From Pseudomonadota bacterium (lineage in GTDB: Bacteria; Bdellovibrionota_B; Oligoflexia; Oligoflexales; CAIYRB01): a DNA stretch of 64,000 nucleotides. Shown here in pieces: positions 28,515 to 40,088 of this stretch. The notes below the pieces were generated by a model. It was not told the DNA's origin. It was given only the letters and a program-made list of their open reading frames with translations, and did not search any database. The position numbers and the translations under genes are program-made. Positions within the stretch are counted from its first letter, which is position 1. Each line of letters begins with the position of its first letter. The DNA lies in NCBI GenBank assembly GCA_031416315.1, contig JANOTL010000153.1, positions 1-64,000 on the forward strand. Direction: 5' to 3'.

Positions 28515-29555
28515 ATGATCGCCTCGGCCTCGAAACACTGCGGCACATGCCACCGCGAATATCGTGCCGAGAGTGATTTCCTCACCAATACGAGCCGCTG
28601 GCGTGTCTGCGCCACCGGTCATCTCTGGTTCAACTGCAGCTGCAGCTCGACCTTGATGATTCCGAAGGGGAAGTACGGCTGGTACTCGCCCGAGCACTTC
28701 CTGTCCGAAGATGCGCGAAGCATCTTCAACAAGCTCGGGAACCTGAAGGACATGCCGCACATCCCGAGCATCGTCATGGAAATCCAGGTGATGCTGCAGG
28801 ATCCCGAAGCGACGCCCAAGGCCCTCGCGGCGGCGATGCGCCAGGAGCCGCTCCTTGCCACGCAGCTATTGCAGATCGCCGAGAATATGCGGCGCGCGCG
28901 CAATCCGACGAACACACCGCTGCGCGCGCTCGATCACGCGATCGTCTACGTCGGCCGCAAGGTCATGAGCGATCTGGTCCTGTCCTCTTCGCTGCGCGCC
29001 CTGCCCCTTCCGGCGAGCGGCTTTCGCGCTCAGGAATTCTGGGACGAAAGCTACCTCACCGGCGCCATCGCCGAATTTCTCGCGGCGCGCTTGAAGCTAA
29101 CGCTCGCCGTGGACGAGATCTACCTTTCAGGAAGTCTCTGCAACATCGGCAAGCTCGTACTCGCCTTCTGTTTCCCGCCGCTCGCGACGAAGATCGCGCA
29201 CGACACGCACGACCGAAAGATCCAAATGACGTGGCGCATGGCGGAGCGCGCCTATCAGTTTCCGGACCACGGAATTCTGGGCGAAATCGCGGCGACCTTC
29301 TGGGGCTTGCCCGAGTTCGTCATGCAGGCCTCGCGCCGCCATCACGATCTGCCGGGCACGAATTACCGTGCGCTCGAAACGGTGAGCGTCGTCGCCCTAG
29401 CGAACCAACTTTGCCACTATGTGCTCTCGAACCCGCATCGCATCGAAGAAGACGTGATGATGGCGCACGCGACGCGCTACGGTCTCGACGAAAAGAAGCT
29501 CGAGGCTCTAGTGGGCGAGCTCGTCGGTGTCCGGCAGGCGATCCTCGGGCATTAG
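28515..29555 (+). CDS. HDOD-domain protein with an N-terminal Cys/His-rich (zinc-ribbon-like) domain
   Basis: CGTC...CATGH...CSC; HDOD pattern with LCNIGK and WGLP...HH. Confidence 0.8.
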   Translation: MIASASKHCGTCHREYRAESDFLTNTSRWRVCATGHLWFNCSCSSTLMIPKGKYGWYSPEHFLSEDARSIFNKLGNLKDMPHIPSIVMEIQVMLQDPEATPKALAAAMRQEPLLATQLLQIAENMRRARNPTNTPLRALDHAIVYVGRKVMSDLVLSSSLRALPLPASGFRAQEFWDESYLTGAIAEFLAARLKLTLAVDEIYLSGSLCNIGKLVLAFCFPPLATKIAHDTHDRKIQMTWRMAERAYQFPDHGILGEIAATFWGLPEFVMQASRRHHDLPGTNYRALETVSVVALANQLCHYVLSNPHRIEEDVMMAHATRYGLDEKKLEALVGELVGVRQAILGH

Positions 29556-30205
29556 TCGACGACCAGCTCGATCGTCTGCTCTTCGCCGTTGCGCATGAAC
29601 GTAAACTCGGCGCGCGGCTCGTTGCGCATGCCTTGCAACATGCGGATCGCCATGCCGACGTCGGAGAGGCGGTTGCCGTTGATGGCCGTGATCAGGTCGC
29701 CGTTCTTGAACCCGACGCGATCGTAAACGCTGTCGGCGTCGATGTCCCAGAGGCGAAAGCCCGTGAGCGTGCCTTGAACGTAGTAGGGGACCGCTGCGGC
29801 TTGCATCAGCACCTTGCTCAGCTGCGTTTTCGTCACCAGATCGCGATAGGCCGCGGTCATCTTTACTTTGTTGCCGTCGGCTTTCTCGATGCCGCCTTCG
29901 GCGACGGGCGCCGCGAAGCGGCTCGGGACGAAGCTCTCGCCGACGCGCACCTTCGACTCTTTACCCTTGATGAGGAGGTCGACGAAATCGCGATTGACGC
30001 GCGTCAGCTTGGTGTCGGGGTCGAGGTGCTCGCCGACGCGGATCGCTTTGGTTCCGGGGCTGCCGTCGATCTTCACGAGCGCGATGCCCTGGCCCTCGGA
30101 GCCGGAGGCGATGACGCCCAGGATCTCGATACCTTTGGCGCCGGTTTCGATGGCGAGGGCCGGAGAGGAGAACGGGAGGAAGAGGAGAAGGAGCAGGAAT
30201 TTCAC
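29552..30205 (-). CDS. GspC-like protein with a PDZ domain
   Basis: GVI...IALV HR domain; GFKNGDLITAING PDZ. Confidence 0.75.
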   Translation of the reverse strand: MKFLLLLLFLPFSSPALAIETGAKGIEILGVIASGSEGQGIALVKIDGSPGTKAIRVGEHLDPDTKLTRVNRDFVDLLIKGKESKVRVGESFVPSRFAAPVAEGGIEKADGNKVKMTAAYRDLVTKTQLSKVLMQAAAVPYYVQGTLTGFRLWDIDADSVYDRVGFKNGDLITAINGNRLSDVGMAIRMLQGMRNEPRAEFTFMRNGEEQTIELVVD

Positions 30206-30257
30206 GGGGGATGACCGCCACAGCAGGGGAACGTCCGCAGATCTCGCGGGGCGCATT

Positions 30258-30273
30258 TGCAAGGAGCGCGCCC
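30258..30273 (-). promoter_or_regulatory. Possible sigma54 promoter
   Basis: GGGCGC-GCTCC-TTGCA (GG-N10-GC) upstream of the gspC-like gene. Confidence 0.4.
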
Positions 30274-30422
30274 GGGTTTTCCTTCCGTAAGACCATGAAT
30301 CCACGGGATATCCGCGAGCTTCGCGGCGACTCCGCCAATCCCGATCGTCGAATGTTTGGACAGTCTTCGCGTGCTAGAATCGAGGGAGCCTTCCTACCTT
30401 CTTCCTCACTCCCACGGACCCC

Positions 30423-30977
30423 ATGCGTTTTCGCGTCAAATCTGCGGCTCTCGCCGTGGGCTTGCTCGTCGCGGCACAGGCGCGCGCCGTCACGTTTCGT
30501 GCGGAGACGACGGCCGGCCTCATGCAGCAGCCGACGAGCCACTACTACCACCTGATTTATGGCGGCCTCTTCGAGATCTCCGCGGAGAAGGACGTCGCCA
30601 TCGGCCGCGTTTCCTACGTCGAGCGCCCCGCCTTCAAGAAGTCAGGCTTCGTCGATCAAGACCGCGGCATCTTCGCTATGATCGGCCGCAAGCTCGGCAA
30701 AGCGGCGACGCACGGCGTCTATCCGTTCTTCGGCGTAGGCCAGGTCAGCGGCTACGTCCGCTCGGATCCGGCTGCCGCGGGAATCACCGAGCGCGAGACG
30801 CGCACGTTCGCCCTTCCCGGGCTCGTCGCGGCTTTGGAGTATCAGGCGCGGTTCGGACCCGTGGCCATCGGCGGCGGCCATCAGACTTTCGTCGGCTACG
30901 TGGATGCGGACGAGCTGCGCGCTTTCGTCGCCTGGCCTTACAACTTCTACCAGGTGCATGCGGGGGTGGAGTTCTGA
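30423..30977 (+). CDS. Small outer-membrane beta-barrel protein
   Basis: Signal peptide, alternating beta strands, C-terminal Phe (AGVEF). Confidence 0.7.
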   Translation: MRFRVKSAALAVGLLVAAQARAVTFRAETTAGLMQQPTSHYYHLIYGGLFEISAEKDVAIGRVSYVERPAFKKSGFVDQDRGIFAMIGRKLGKAATHGVYPFFGVGQVSGYVRSDPAAAGITERETRTFALPGLVAALEYQARFGPVAIGGGHQTFVGYVDADELRAFVAWPYNFYQVHAGVEF

Positions 30978-31474
30978 GCCGCGCTCTGCAACACTTCACC
31001 CTCGCGCTCGCGCTCGCGCTCGCGCTCGTTTGCGATCCAGCCTGGGCGGTCGACAAGCGCTACACGCTCACGGCTCAAGGCAAAGCTCTCGCTCCGAACG
31101 CCGGCGGCCAAGACGCCTATTCGTTGAAGCTCGCCACGAATGACTGGGAGGTCGGCGGCTTCGCGAATCGCTATATCACCGCCGCGGGGCGTCCCCTCAT
31201 CGGCGGCACATATTCCCTGCGTTTTCCGGTGTGCGACGACTCCTGCTTCTGGCAATTCTTTGCGCAGGTCGGCGCCGGGCTGTCGACCGGCGGCCCCCTC
31301 CTCGACCTCACCTGGGGCACGAATCTCCCGCTGATTCCTTTGTGGCTCCCGTTCCGCGCCCCGCCTTACCTGCCTCAGCTTCGCCTCGATTTCACCACCC
31401 AGATCATCTTCATTCAGTGGCGCGCCGTCACCTGGAGCTATCCATTATGGGTTGGCGTCAGCTTCCCCTTCTAA
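30974..31474 (+). CDS. Small outer-membrane beta-barrel protein
   Basis: Signal peptide AWA-V, C-terminal VGVSFPF; start inferred from a CTGA overlap. Confidence 0.65.
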   Translation: MSRALQHFTLALALALALVCDPAWAVDKRYTLTAQGKALAPNAGGQDAYSLKLATNDWEVGGFANRYITAAGRPLIGGTYSLRFPVCDDSCFWQFFAQVGAGLSTGGPLLDLTWGTNLPLIPLWLPFRAPPYLPQLRLDFTTQIIFIQWRAVTWSYPLWVGVSFPF

Positions 31475-32217
31475 GCGTCTTCTTCGTCTTCCTTTCCACG
31501 CAAGCCTTCGCCTATCCGACGCCTGTCGACTTCGACGGGAGCCTCCTGCGTTGGCAGATCGACGAGACCTCCGGGCCGATCACGTATGAAGTTCTCGCCG
31601 ACGACGATGCCTACCTTTCCCAATATGGAGACATTGTCGACGACGCCGCGTTGATGTGGTCGGAAATTCCGACGAGCTACTTTCGCTACGCACGCGCCGA
31701 CGAAAGCAAGCCCGCGCAGGTCACAGTAAATTTGCGCTCTTCGATCGAGGGCGGAGCCTACTCCGCCGGCTACGCCATTTTCGACGAATACGCCGACATC
31801 GTCCCGCTGCACTGCTCAATCTTCGTCGTCATCGACGAGTACGTCACGCATGCGAGCATGGAGAAGACGATCCTCCACGAGCTCGGCCACTGCCTCGGCC
31901 TCGGCCACACCCTGATTCCGCAGGCAATCATGAGCTACCGCCTCGAGGAGAACGGCTACGCTTTGGACGTCGACGATCGCGCCGCCGTCACGCACCTCTA
32001 CCCCGTCGACGGCAGCGAGCCGGAGCTGCCGCCGGGATGCGCGATCGGCGCGAAGCCGCGCGACGCATCGAGTCTCCCGCTCCTCCTGCTGCTCGTCTTG
32101 CCGCTGATTCTCGGCGCAAGGTCGAGACGGCGCTACAAGTTGGCCTTGAGCGGCTCCGAGGTGTCGGACCACTCGGAAGCGTTGCCAGCCCGGTCGAACA
32201 AGCGAATGCGACCGTAA
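31447..32217 (+). CDS. Matrixin-like zinc metalloprotease with a C-terminal GC-TM-basic sorting-like signal
   Basis: HELGHCLGLGH, Met-turn AIMSY; PPGCA...LLLLLVLPLIL..RRR. Confidence 0.85.
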   Translation: MGWRQLPLLSVFFVFLSTQAFAYPTPVDFDGSLLRWQIDETSGPITYEVLADDDAYLSQYGDIVDDAALMWSEIPTSYFRYARADESKPAQVTVNLRSSIEGGAYSAGYAIFDEYADIVPLHCSIFVVIDEYVTHASMEKTILHELGHCLGLGHTLIPQAIMSYRLEENGYALDVDDRAAVTHLYPVDGSEPELPPGCAIGAKPRDASSLPLLLLLVLPLILGARSRRRYKLALSGSEVSDHSEALPARSNKRMRP

Positions 32218-33539
32218 TATGAAGTTTTGCCGCTAGCCGGATGATTGTCCGTCTTGGCCGACGTGGTCGTGCTCAGGATGTCGCCGCCGCCGACGCTGGT
32301 GCCGACCTCGAACTCGAAGTTGCGGAAGCCGGACGGACCGATATCGGAGCCGGCGTCCCATTCCCAGCGCGCGACCTGCGAGACAGGCGTCGCGCCGGAG
32401 CCGCGCGGCGGGTTCGGCTTCGGCGGCGCTTCGATGTCGGCGTTGAAGGCGATGCCGTAATTCGTCGCGGCCGTCGCGCCGACGGCGTTCTTCGCGATGA
32501 TGCAGACGTAATTCACGCCGTTCTGCAGCGGCTGCACGATGACGCTCGTGCCTGTGTTGTCGGCGTAGACCGCGGTCGAAGCCGCGCAGGTCGGGTCGGT
32601 CGCGTCGATACGCACTTCGTAGACGTCGGCGCCCTCGGCGCGCTCCCAGCGCACTTTGGTCGCGATGCCGTACACGCGGGCCGGATCGACCGGATCGATC
32701 ATGACGAACTCGCTCGGCGGCGCCGTCGCGGGTTCGACCGGCGGCTCTGGATCTGAAGGATTGACCGGACCGGCGGGATTCGGCGACGTCCCGGGTCCCG
32801 GCGCGACGCCCGGAGCGGGCGCGGGCGGTGGCACGACGGTTTTGACCAGCTCTTCGGTGGTGACTTCTTCCGGCTCGACGATCGGCGTCGCCTGGTTGAG
32901 GCGCACCACCTGATAGACGCCGGAAGAGCTCGACTTGAAGGTCAAGGTCGAGCCACTCACCGCGAATTTCTTCGCCGAGATCAGGCCGAGCTTGTTGGAC
33001 TCGCTTTCCTCGACGTTCTTGAGGAAAAGGACCGCGATCGCGCTGGTCGAGACGTCTTGCAGCGCGGCGGCTGCCGGCGGGGGAATCGGCAAGGTGATGG
33101 AGAACGGACGCTCGGTGTCGTAGTCGAAGGTCCAGCTCACCACGACGGCGGGGCCGTAGGCCTCGATGATCGTGCCCGTACCGAAGCCGAGCTTCGTCAG
33201 ATTTTTGCGGCTGGCGATCGAACGGCCTTCTTCCAGAGCGATGTCGTAGTCGACGTCGAACGAAAAAGGCAGAAAGGCGAGCTGAGCGCCCGCGATCGCG
33301 CTGCTCGGCGCGGCTTTGATGATCTGCGTGTTCGCGCTCGTCGTCTTGAGCAACGCCTGCACGACGCCGCGGTTCTCGCTCTTCACGGCGGCGTTGGTTT
33401 CGACCGCCTCGAGCGCGGGATCGATCTCGCCCGAGCGCCGGTCCTCGGACTGCATCTTGCCGCAGCCGAAAGGGATGAGCCCGGCCACGACGAGCGCGAC
33501 GGAGACAAGACGCAAGCTGCGAACCTTCATAGGCATCAC
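32133..33539 (-). CDS. Lipoprotein with a Pro-rich linker and FN3-like domains
   Basis: Lipobox PFGC; W...Y and DRAGNASEWS FN3-type patterns. Confidence 0.7.
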   Translation of the reverse strand: MMPMKVRSLRLVSVALVVAGLIPFGCGKMQSEDRRSGEIDPALEAVETNAAVKSENRGVVQALLKTTSANTQIIKAAPSSAIAGAQLAFLPFSFDVDYDIALEEGRSIASRKNLTKLGFGTGTIIEAYGPAVVVSWTFDYDTERPFSITLPIPPPAAAALQDVSTSAIAVLFLKNVEESESNKLGLISAKKFAVSGSTLTFKSSSSGVYQVVRLNQATPIVEPEEVTTEELVKTVVPPPAPAPGVAPGPGTSPNPAGPVNPSDPEPPVEPATAPPSEFVMIDPVDPARVYGIATKVRWERAEGADVYEVRIDATDPTCAASTAVYADNTGTSVIVQPLQNGVNYVCIIAKNAVGATAATNYGIAFNADIEAPPKPNPPRGSGATPVSQVARWEWDAGSDIGPSGFRNFEFEVGTSVGGGDILSTTTSAKTDNHPASGKTSYYGRIRLFDRAGNASEWSDTSEPLKANL

Positions 33540-33543
33540 GAAC

Positions 33544-33570
33544 TTATCGGCCGCCCCGCACGAAAACTGA
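33544..33570 (-). promoter_or_regulatory. sigma28 promoter, probably giving a leaderless transcript
   Basis: TCAG-N15-GCCGATAA (consensus -10), 4-7 nt from the start codons. Confidence 0.7.
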
Positions 33571-33597
33571 AGAGGGGCAAAACGATGAAGAGTGTCG

Positions 33598-34641
33598 CTA
33601 GCTTATGGCAAGCATTCGGTCGATCGCCCGCTTGGCGCGGACCCGGATTTCGGCAGGGACCTCGACGACGTAGCGCATTTTCTCGAGGCAGTCGCGCGTG
33701 TCTTCCAAGGTGATCTGGGCCATGTGCGGGCAGCGGATGCTGCACAGGCGCAAGACGTCCTTGTCGCGATTCTCCGCGATCACGTTGTCCGCCATCGCAC
33801 ACTCCGTGAGGAGGAGGTAGCGGCTCGCTTTCACGTCGCGCACGTATTTGATCATCGCGGAGGTGCTGCCCGAGTAGTCCGAGGCCTCGACGACCTCCGG
33901 GCTACATTCGGGATGCGCGAGGACGACGACGTCCGGAAACTGCGCGCGCACACGCTTGATGTCGTCGACGGTGAATTTTTCGTGGACCTCGCACTTGCCT
34001 TTCCAGCCGATGAAGACCTTCTCGAGGCCCTTTTCTTCGGTGAAGGCTTTGGCCGGATTGCGCTCGGCGACGATGACGGTCGTCCCCGTCTCGCGTGCGA
34101 CGTTCTTCGCCAGATATTCGTCCGGGATGAAAATGACGCGGTCGGTCTTCAGCGAGGCGACGACCTTCGCCGCGTTGCCAGAGGTGCAGCAGACGTCGGT
34201 CTCCGCTTTCACGTCCGCGTACGTGTTGATGTAGGTCACGACCGGAACGCCGGGGTAACGGCGCTTCAACTCGCGCACGTCCTCCGCCGTGATCGACGAG
34301 GCGAGGGAGCAGCCGGCGCGGTTCGACGGGATCAGCACCGTCTTGTCGGGGCAGATCACCTTCGCCGTCTCCGCCATGAACTCGACGCCGCAGAAGACGA
34401 TCACCGGGTTGGTGGTGGCCGCGGCCTTCCGGCAGAGCTCCAAGGAGTCGCCGTTGAAGTCGGCGACGCCGTGGTACAGCGCCGGCTCCATGTAGTTGTG
34501 GCCGAGGATGATCGCGTTGCGCGCCTTCTTCAGGACGGCGATCTCGTCGACCAGACGGGCCTTTTCGCGGATCTCGAAGTCAGGGACCAGGCCCTCGAGC
34601 TTCTTGGACAGGAAATCGTAGGTTTGGGCGGCGACCGTCAT
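33598..34641 (-). CDS. nadA: Quinolinate synthase
   Basis: ILGHNY, GDSL, FCGV.FMAETAK, AGCSLA, HPEC, CPHM. Confidence 0.96.
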   Translation of the reverse strand: MTVAAQTYDFLSKKLEGLVPDFEIREKARLVDEIAVLKKARNAIILGHNYMEPALYHGVADFNGDSLELCRKAAATTNPVIVFCGVEFMAETAKVICPDKTVLIPSNRAGCSLASSITAEDVRELKRRYPGVPVVTYINTYADVKAETDVCCTSGNAAKVVASLKTDRVIFIPDEYLAKNVARETGTTVIVAERNPAKAFTEEKGLEKVFIGWKGKCEVHEKFTVDDIKRVRAQFPDVVVLAHPECSPEVVEASDYSGSTSAMIKYVRDVKASRYLLLTECAMADNVIAENRDKDVLRLCSIRCPHMAQITLEDTRDCLEKMRYVVEVPAEIRVRAKRAIDRMLAIS

Positions 34642-34658
34642 GGCCCCCCTTCTAAACG

Positions 34659-34686
34659 AAAACGGCGGGCCTGCAAAGGCCCGCCG
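34659..34686 (-). terminator. Intrinsic terminator after flagellin
   Basis: 10-bp GC stem CGGCGGGCCT/AGGCCCGCCG followed by a U tract on the minus strand. Confidence 0.75.
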
Positions 34687-34726
34687 CACAAGCAAATAGT
34701 CTTCGAGTCTTAGGATCGGGTCGAGC

Positions 34727-35659
34727 TCAGCCGCGGAGCAGGGCGAGGACGGCCTCGGGCGCCGCGTTGGCTTGGGCCAGGACCGAGATGCCGGCCTGCT
34801 GCAGGATGCGGTTCTGGGTGAATTTCGCCGTCTCGGCGGCGTAGTCCACGTCGCGGATGCGGCTTTGAGCGGCCTGAAGGTTCTCGTTCGAGATCTCGAT
34901 GTTGTTGATCGTGCTGTTGAGGCGCGATTGCACCGAGCCGAGGGTCGCGCGGTAGCTCGAGATGGCGTTTTGCGCCGTGTCGAGGACCGAGAAGAGCTCG
35001 CCGGTGTCGCCACTGCCGAGCTCGGAGGCGGTGAGGCCTTCGCCGCCGCCGTCCGGGAGGATGGAGAAGTCGTCGCCCGTGATGTCCGTGATCGCTTCGC
35101 CCAAGGCGCTCAGCTCGGTCAGCTCGATCTTGATGATGTCCGGGTCCATGTCGGCGTCGATCTCGGGCGCGTCGCCGGCCATGTCCTTGCCGCGGTTGGA
35201 GGCGCCGACGAAGATCTGGATCGGGTTGTCGCCGTCGCCGCCCTGCAGCACTTTCGAGCCGTTGAACTCGGTCGACTCGACGATGCGGGCGACTTCCTGG
35301 CGAAGCTGGACGAACTCTTTGTCGAGGAAGCTGCGCTCGCGCTCGCCGAGGGTGTCCGACGCGGCCTGGGTGGCCAGCTCGCGCATGCGGATCACGATGT
35401 TGGTGACTTCGTTCAGGCCGCCTTCGGCCACCTGGATGTACGAGATGCCGTCGCTGGCGTTTCTCTTGGCGACGCCTAAGCCCGCCGTCGTGGCGCGAAT
35501 GCGCTCCGACACGGCGAGACCGGCGGCGTCGTCGGCCGATTTGTTGATCCGCAAGCCGGAAGACAACTTCTCGAGCGACTCGCCCATGCCCTTGCCCGAT
35601 TCGCCCAAACGGCGCTGGGCATTGATCGAAGCGACGTTTGTCTTGATACGGAGACCCAT
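34727..35659 (-). CDS. fliC: Flagellin
   Basis: LSSGLRINKSADDAAGLAVS; SRIRDVDYA. Confidence 0.97.
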   Translation of the reverse strand: MGLRIKTNVASINAQRRLGESGKGMGESLEKLSSGLRINKSADDAAGLAVSERIRATTAGLGVAKRNASDGISYIQVAEGGLNEVTNIVIRMRELATQAASDTLGERERSFLDKEFVQLRQEVARIVESTEFNGSKVLQGGDGDNPIQIFVGASNRGKDMAGDAPEIDADMDPDIIKIELTELSALGEAITDITGDDFSILPDGGGEGLTASELGSGDTGELFSVLDTAQNAISSYRATLGSVQSRLNSTINNIEISNENLQAAQSRIRDVDYAAETAKFTQNRILQQAGISVLAQANAAPEAVLALLRG

Positions 35660-35750
35660 GACATATCCTCCCTGATTATGCGCGGCAATCCCTTGCTGCG
35701 CTAAACCAAACTATGTTTATTCGACGCCTGTTCGTTGACTAGGGGCCGGA

Positions 35751-36626
35751 CTAGCGCAGGAGCTGGAGGGCCATCTCCGGCATCTGGTTCGCCTGCGACA
35801 AGACCGCGGTCGACGAGCTGCTCATGATGCGGGCCTGCGTGAGCGTCGCCGTCTCGGCGGCGAAATCGACGTCCTTGATGCGGCTCATCGCGGCCGTTTG
35901 GCTCTCGATCGACGTGCCCAGGTTGCTGATCGCAGAGCCGAGGCGGTTCTGGATGGCTCCCAAGGTCGCGCGCTCGCCGGCGATCCTGTTCAGGCTGTCG
36001 TCGATCGTCGTGAGCTTCGACGCGATGTCCTCACGGGACGGGCCGTCTTCGCCGTCGACGCCGCCGATTTCGGCTTCTTTGCCGAAACCGAGAGTCTCGG
36101 TCGTGAACTTCAAGCCCTCGAGGTTGATTTTGAGGGTGTCGATGTTCTCTTCGGGGGAGGTGCCGCGCGTGCCGACCTGGATCACGAACTCCGACATCTC
36201 ATTTTCGGGGTCGAAGATCTTATTGCCGTTGAATTCGGTCGACTTGGCGATCCGGTCCATCTCGTCGACGAGCTGCGTGTACTCGTTGTTGAGGTAGCCG
36301 CGCTCTTTTTCACCGAGCGTGTCGGTGGAGGACTGAACGGTGAGCTCGCGCATCCGGATCAGGATGTTCGACATCTCGTTCATGCTGCCTTCAGCCACCT
36401 GGACGAGGGACACGGCGTCGTTGGCGTTGCGCTTGGCGACGTTGAGGCCCCGGACCTGCCCGCGCAGGTTCTCGGTGATGGCGAGACCGGCGGCGTCGTC
36501 GGCCGACTTGTTGATGCGGTAGCCCGAGGAGAGTTTCTCCAGGGAGTTCGACATCTGTGCCTGGTTATTCTCGGTATGACGCTGGGCGGTCAGGCTGGCA
36601 ACGTTCGTGCGGATTCGCATTCCCAT
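35751..36626 (-). CDS. fliC: Flagellin
   Basis: MGMRIRTN start after AGGGAGG; LSSGYRINKSADDAAGLAI; SRIKDVDFA. Confidence 0.97.
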   Translation of the reverse strand: MGMRIRTNVASLTAQRHTENNQAQMSNSLEKLSSGYRINKSADDAAGLAITENLRGQVRGLNVAKRNANDAVSLVQVAEGSMNEMSNILIRMRELTVQSSTDTLGEKERGYLNNEYTQLVDEMDRIAKSTEFNGNKIFDPENEMSEFVIQVGTRGTSPEENIDTLKINLEGLKFTTETLGFGKEAEIGGVDGEDGPSREDIASKLTTIDDSLNRIAGERATLGAIQNRLGSAISNLGTSIESQTAAMSRIKDVDFAAETATLTQARIMSSSSTAVLSQANQMPEMALQLLR

Positions 36627-36712
36627 GACAATTCCTCCCTGATAAAGCTCACTCAACGGCGGCATCCAAGCCCCCGTCATCTGCAAGCTCCACCCTGGAA
36701 CTTGCAAAGCTA

Positions 36713-36739
36713 CCAACGGCTTATTTGCCGAAAACTTGA
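36713..36739 (-). promoter_or_regulatory. sigma28 promoter of flagellin
   Basis: TCAAGTTT-N11-GCCGTTGG. Confidence 0.7.
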
Positions 36740-36801
36740 ATCTCCGTTTGCGAATTGCCAAAAAATGGCAGGTTCGCGAGCGAGGTCGGGGTCATGAACG
36801 A

Positions 36802-38114
36802 ATGTTGTCTGATTTCCAAAACTTACAAAAAGATATGGATGCGAAAAAAAGCCTCTTTCGCGGGCAATTTCGAGGGCTTGTGGTTGCGGTATCCGGAGGC
36901 CCTGATTCCATTGCGCTTTTTCACCTCCTTTGGCGTCTTTCCAAGGGGGGCAAAGAATTTGCGATCGCGGTCGCACATATCGCGTTTGGACTTCGCGGCG
37001 ACGATTCGGAATCTGATTTCCGGTTCGTCGAAGCCCTGGCGGCGGAGCACCGGGTGCCCTTCTTTTCGCTGCGTGCCGAGCCCCCGCCGAAGGAAGGGAT
37101 TCAGCTGTGGGCGCGCCGGGTTCGGCGCCGTTTCTTCGCCTCGCTGCATCGTGACGGCTGGGCCGTGGCGCTGGCACATCACGAAGACGACGTCGCTGAG
37201 ACGGCGTTGATGCGCCTGGCGCGGGGCGCATCGCCCGGTCGGCTGGACGGGATGCGCGTTTGGGACGAGCCTTATTGGCGACCGCTGCTCCGCTGGCGCA
37301 AAGCCGAGCTTTTGGCCTTTCTCACGGCGGAAAAGCTGCCTTTTCGCACGGACCAGTCCAACGCCGGCCGCGACTACGCTCGCAACGTCGTGCGGCACGA
37401 TGTGCTGCCGGTGCTCGAGGCCCTTTACCCTGGAGCGACCGAGCGCGTGGCGGCGACCGCTCGGGAAGCGAGGGTGCTGGGCGAATGGCTGCGAGACGGC
37501 GGAGACGGCGTTAGCGGAGTCCGGAGCGGCGCTCCTGGGCTTTTTCCGGGACGCAAGCCCGGAGCGGGCGCAAATGGCGCTCGGCGCGTGGCTCACGGCC
37601 CGCCTCCCTTCTGGCGCACAGCTCTCCCGGCAACTCCTCTCGGCCGCGACGGCACGCCTGATCGACCTTTCCGCAGGCGAGCCCCCCCCAGGGACCGTTT
37701 CGATCCTCGCGTTGCCGGAGGGCCGCTCGCTGCAGCTCGCAGAGGGGCGACTCATCGTGGCGTTTGGCACTTCGCCAAAAACCAAGAGAAGAAACCAATA
37801 CGCTAGCTACTTGGCGCATGGCGACTATTCGACCGTCTTTCTCACGCCTGGCTCTAACGCCCTTCTAAGGCGTGACGGACGATGCTTTCTTATCGCGCTC
37901 AGTCCCGAGGCCCCAGGCCCGGCACGCGTGACCGTGGGCGCGACGCGTGGCCGCACGCACAAAGGCTTGTTTCAACGGTTGAACGTTCGTGACGGATCGC
38001 GCGAGGAATATGTGACGATCGAGTATAATGGAGACTTGATCGGACTCTTCGACGGGAAGCGCCCCCTCGAGCATCCCCATCTCTCACTCCAGTTCTTTAC
38101 CCGGGAGCCCCTGC

Positions 38115-38122
<8 letters not shown>
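36802..38122 (+). CDS. tilS: tRNA(Ile)-lysidine synthetase with an apparent frameshift near 37489
   Basis: AVSGGPDS, AHHEDD.AET, RPLL, DQSN, RNVVR in ORF 36736..37806; plausible C-terminus continues in ORF 37400..38122 up to ftsH. Confidence 0.85.

Positions 38123-40084
<1,962 letters not shown>

Positions 40085-40088
<4 letters not shown>

Noticed and set aside
35700..35750. sigma28 promoter for the flagellin at 34727..35659
   Set aside because: A -10-like GTCGAATA is present but no -35 box at the right spacing
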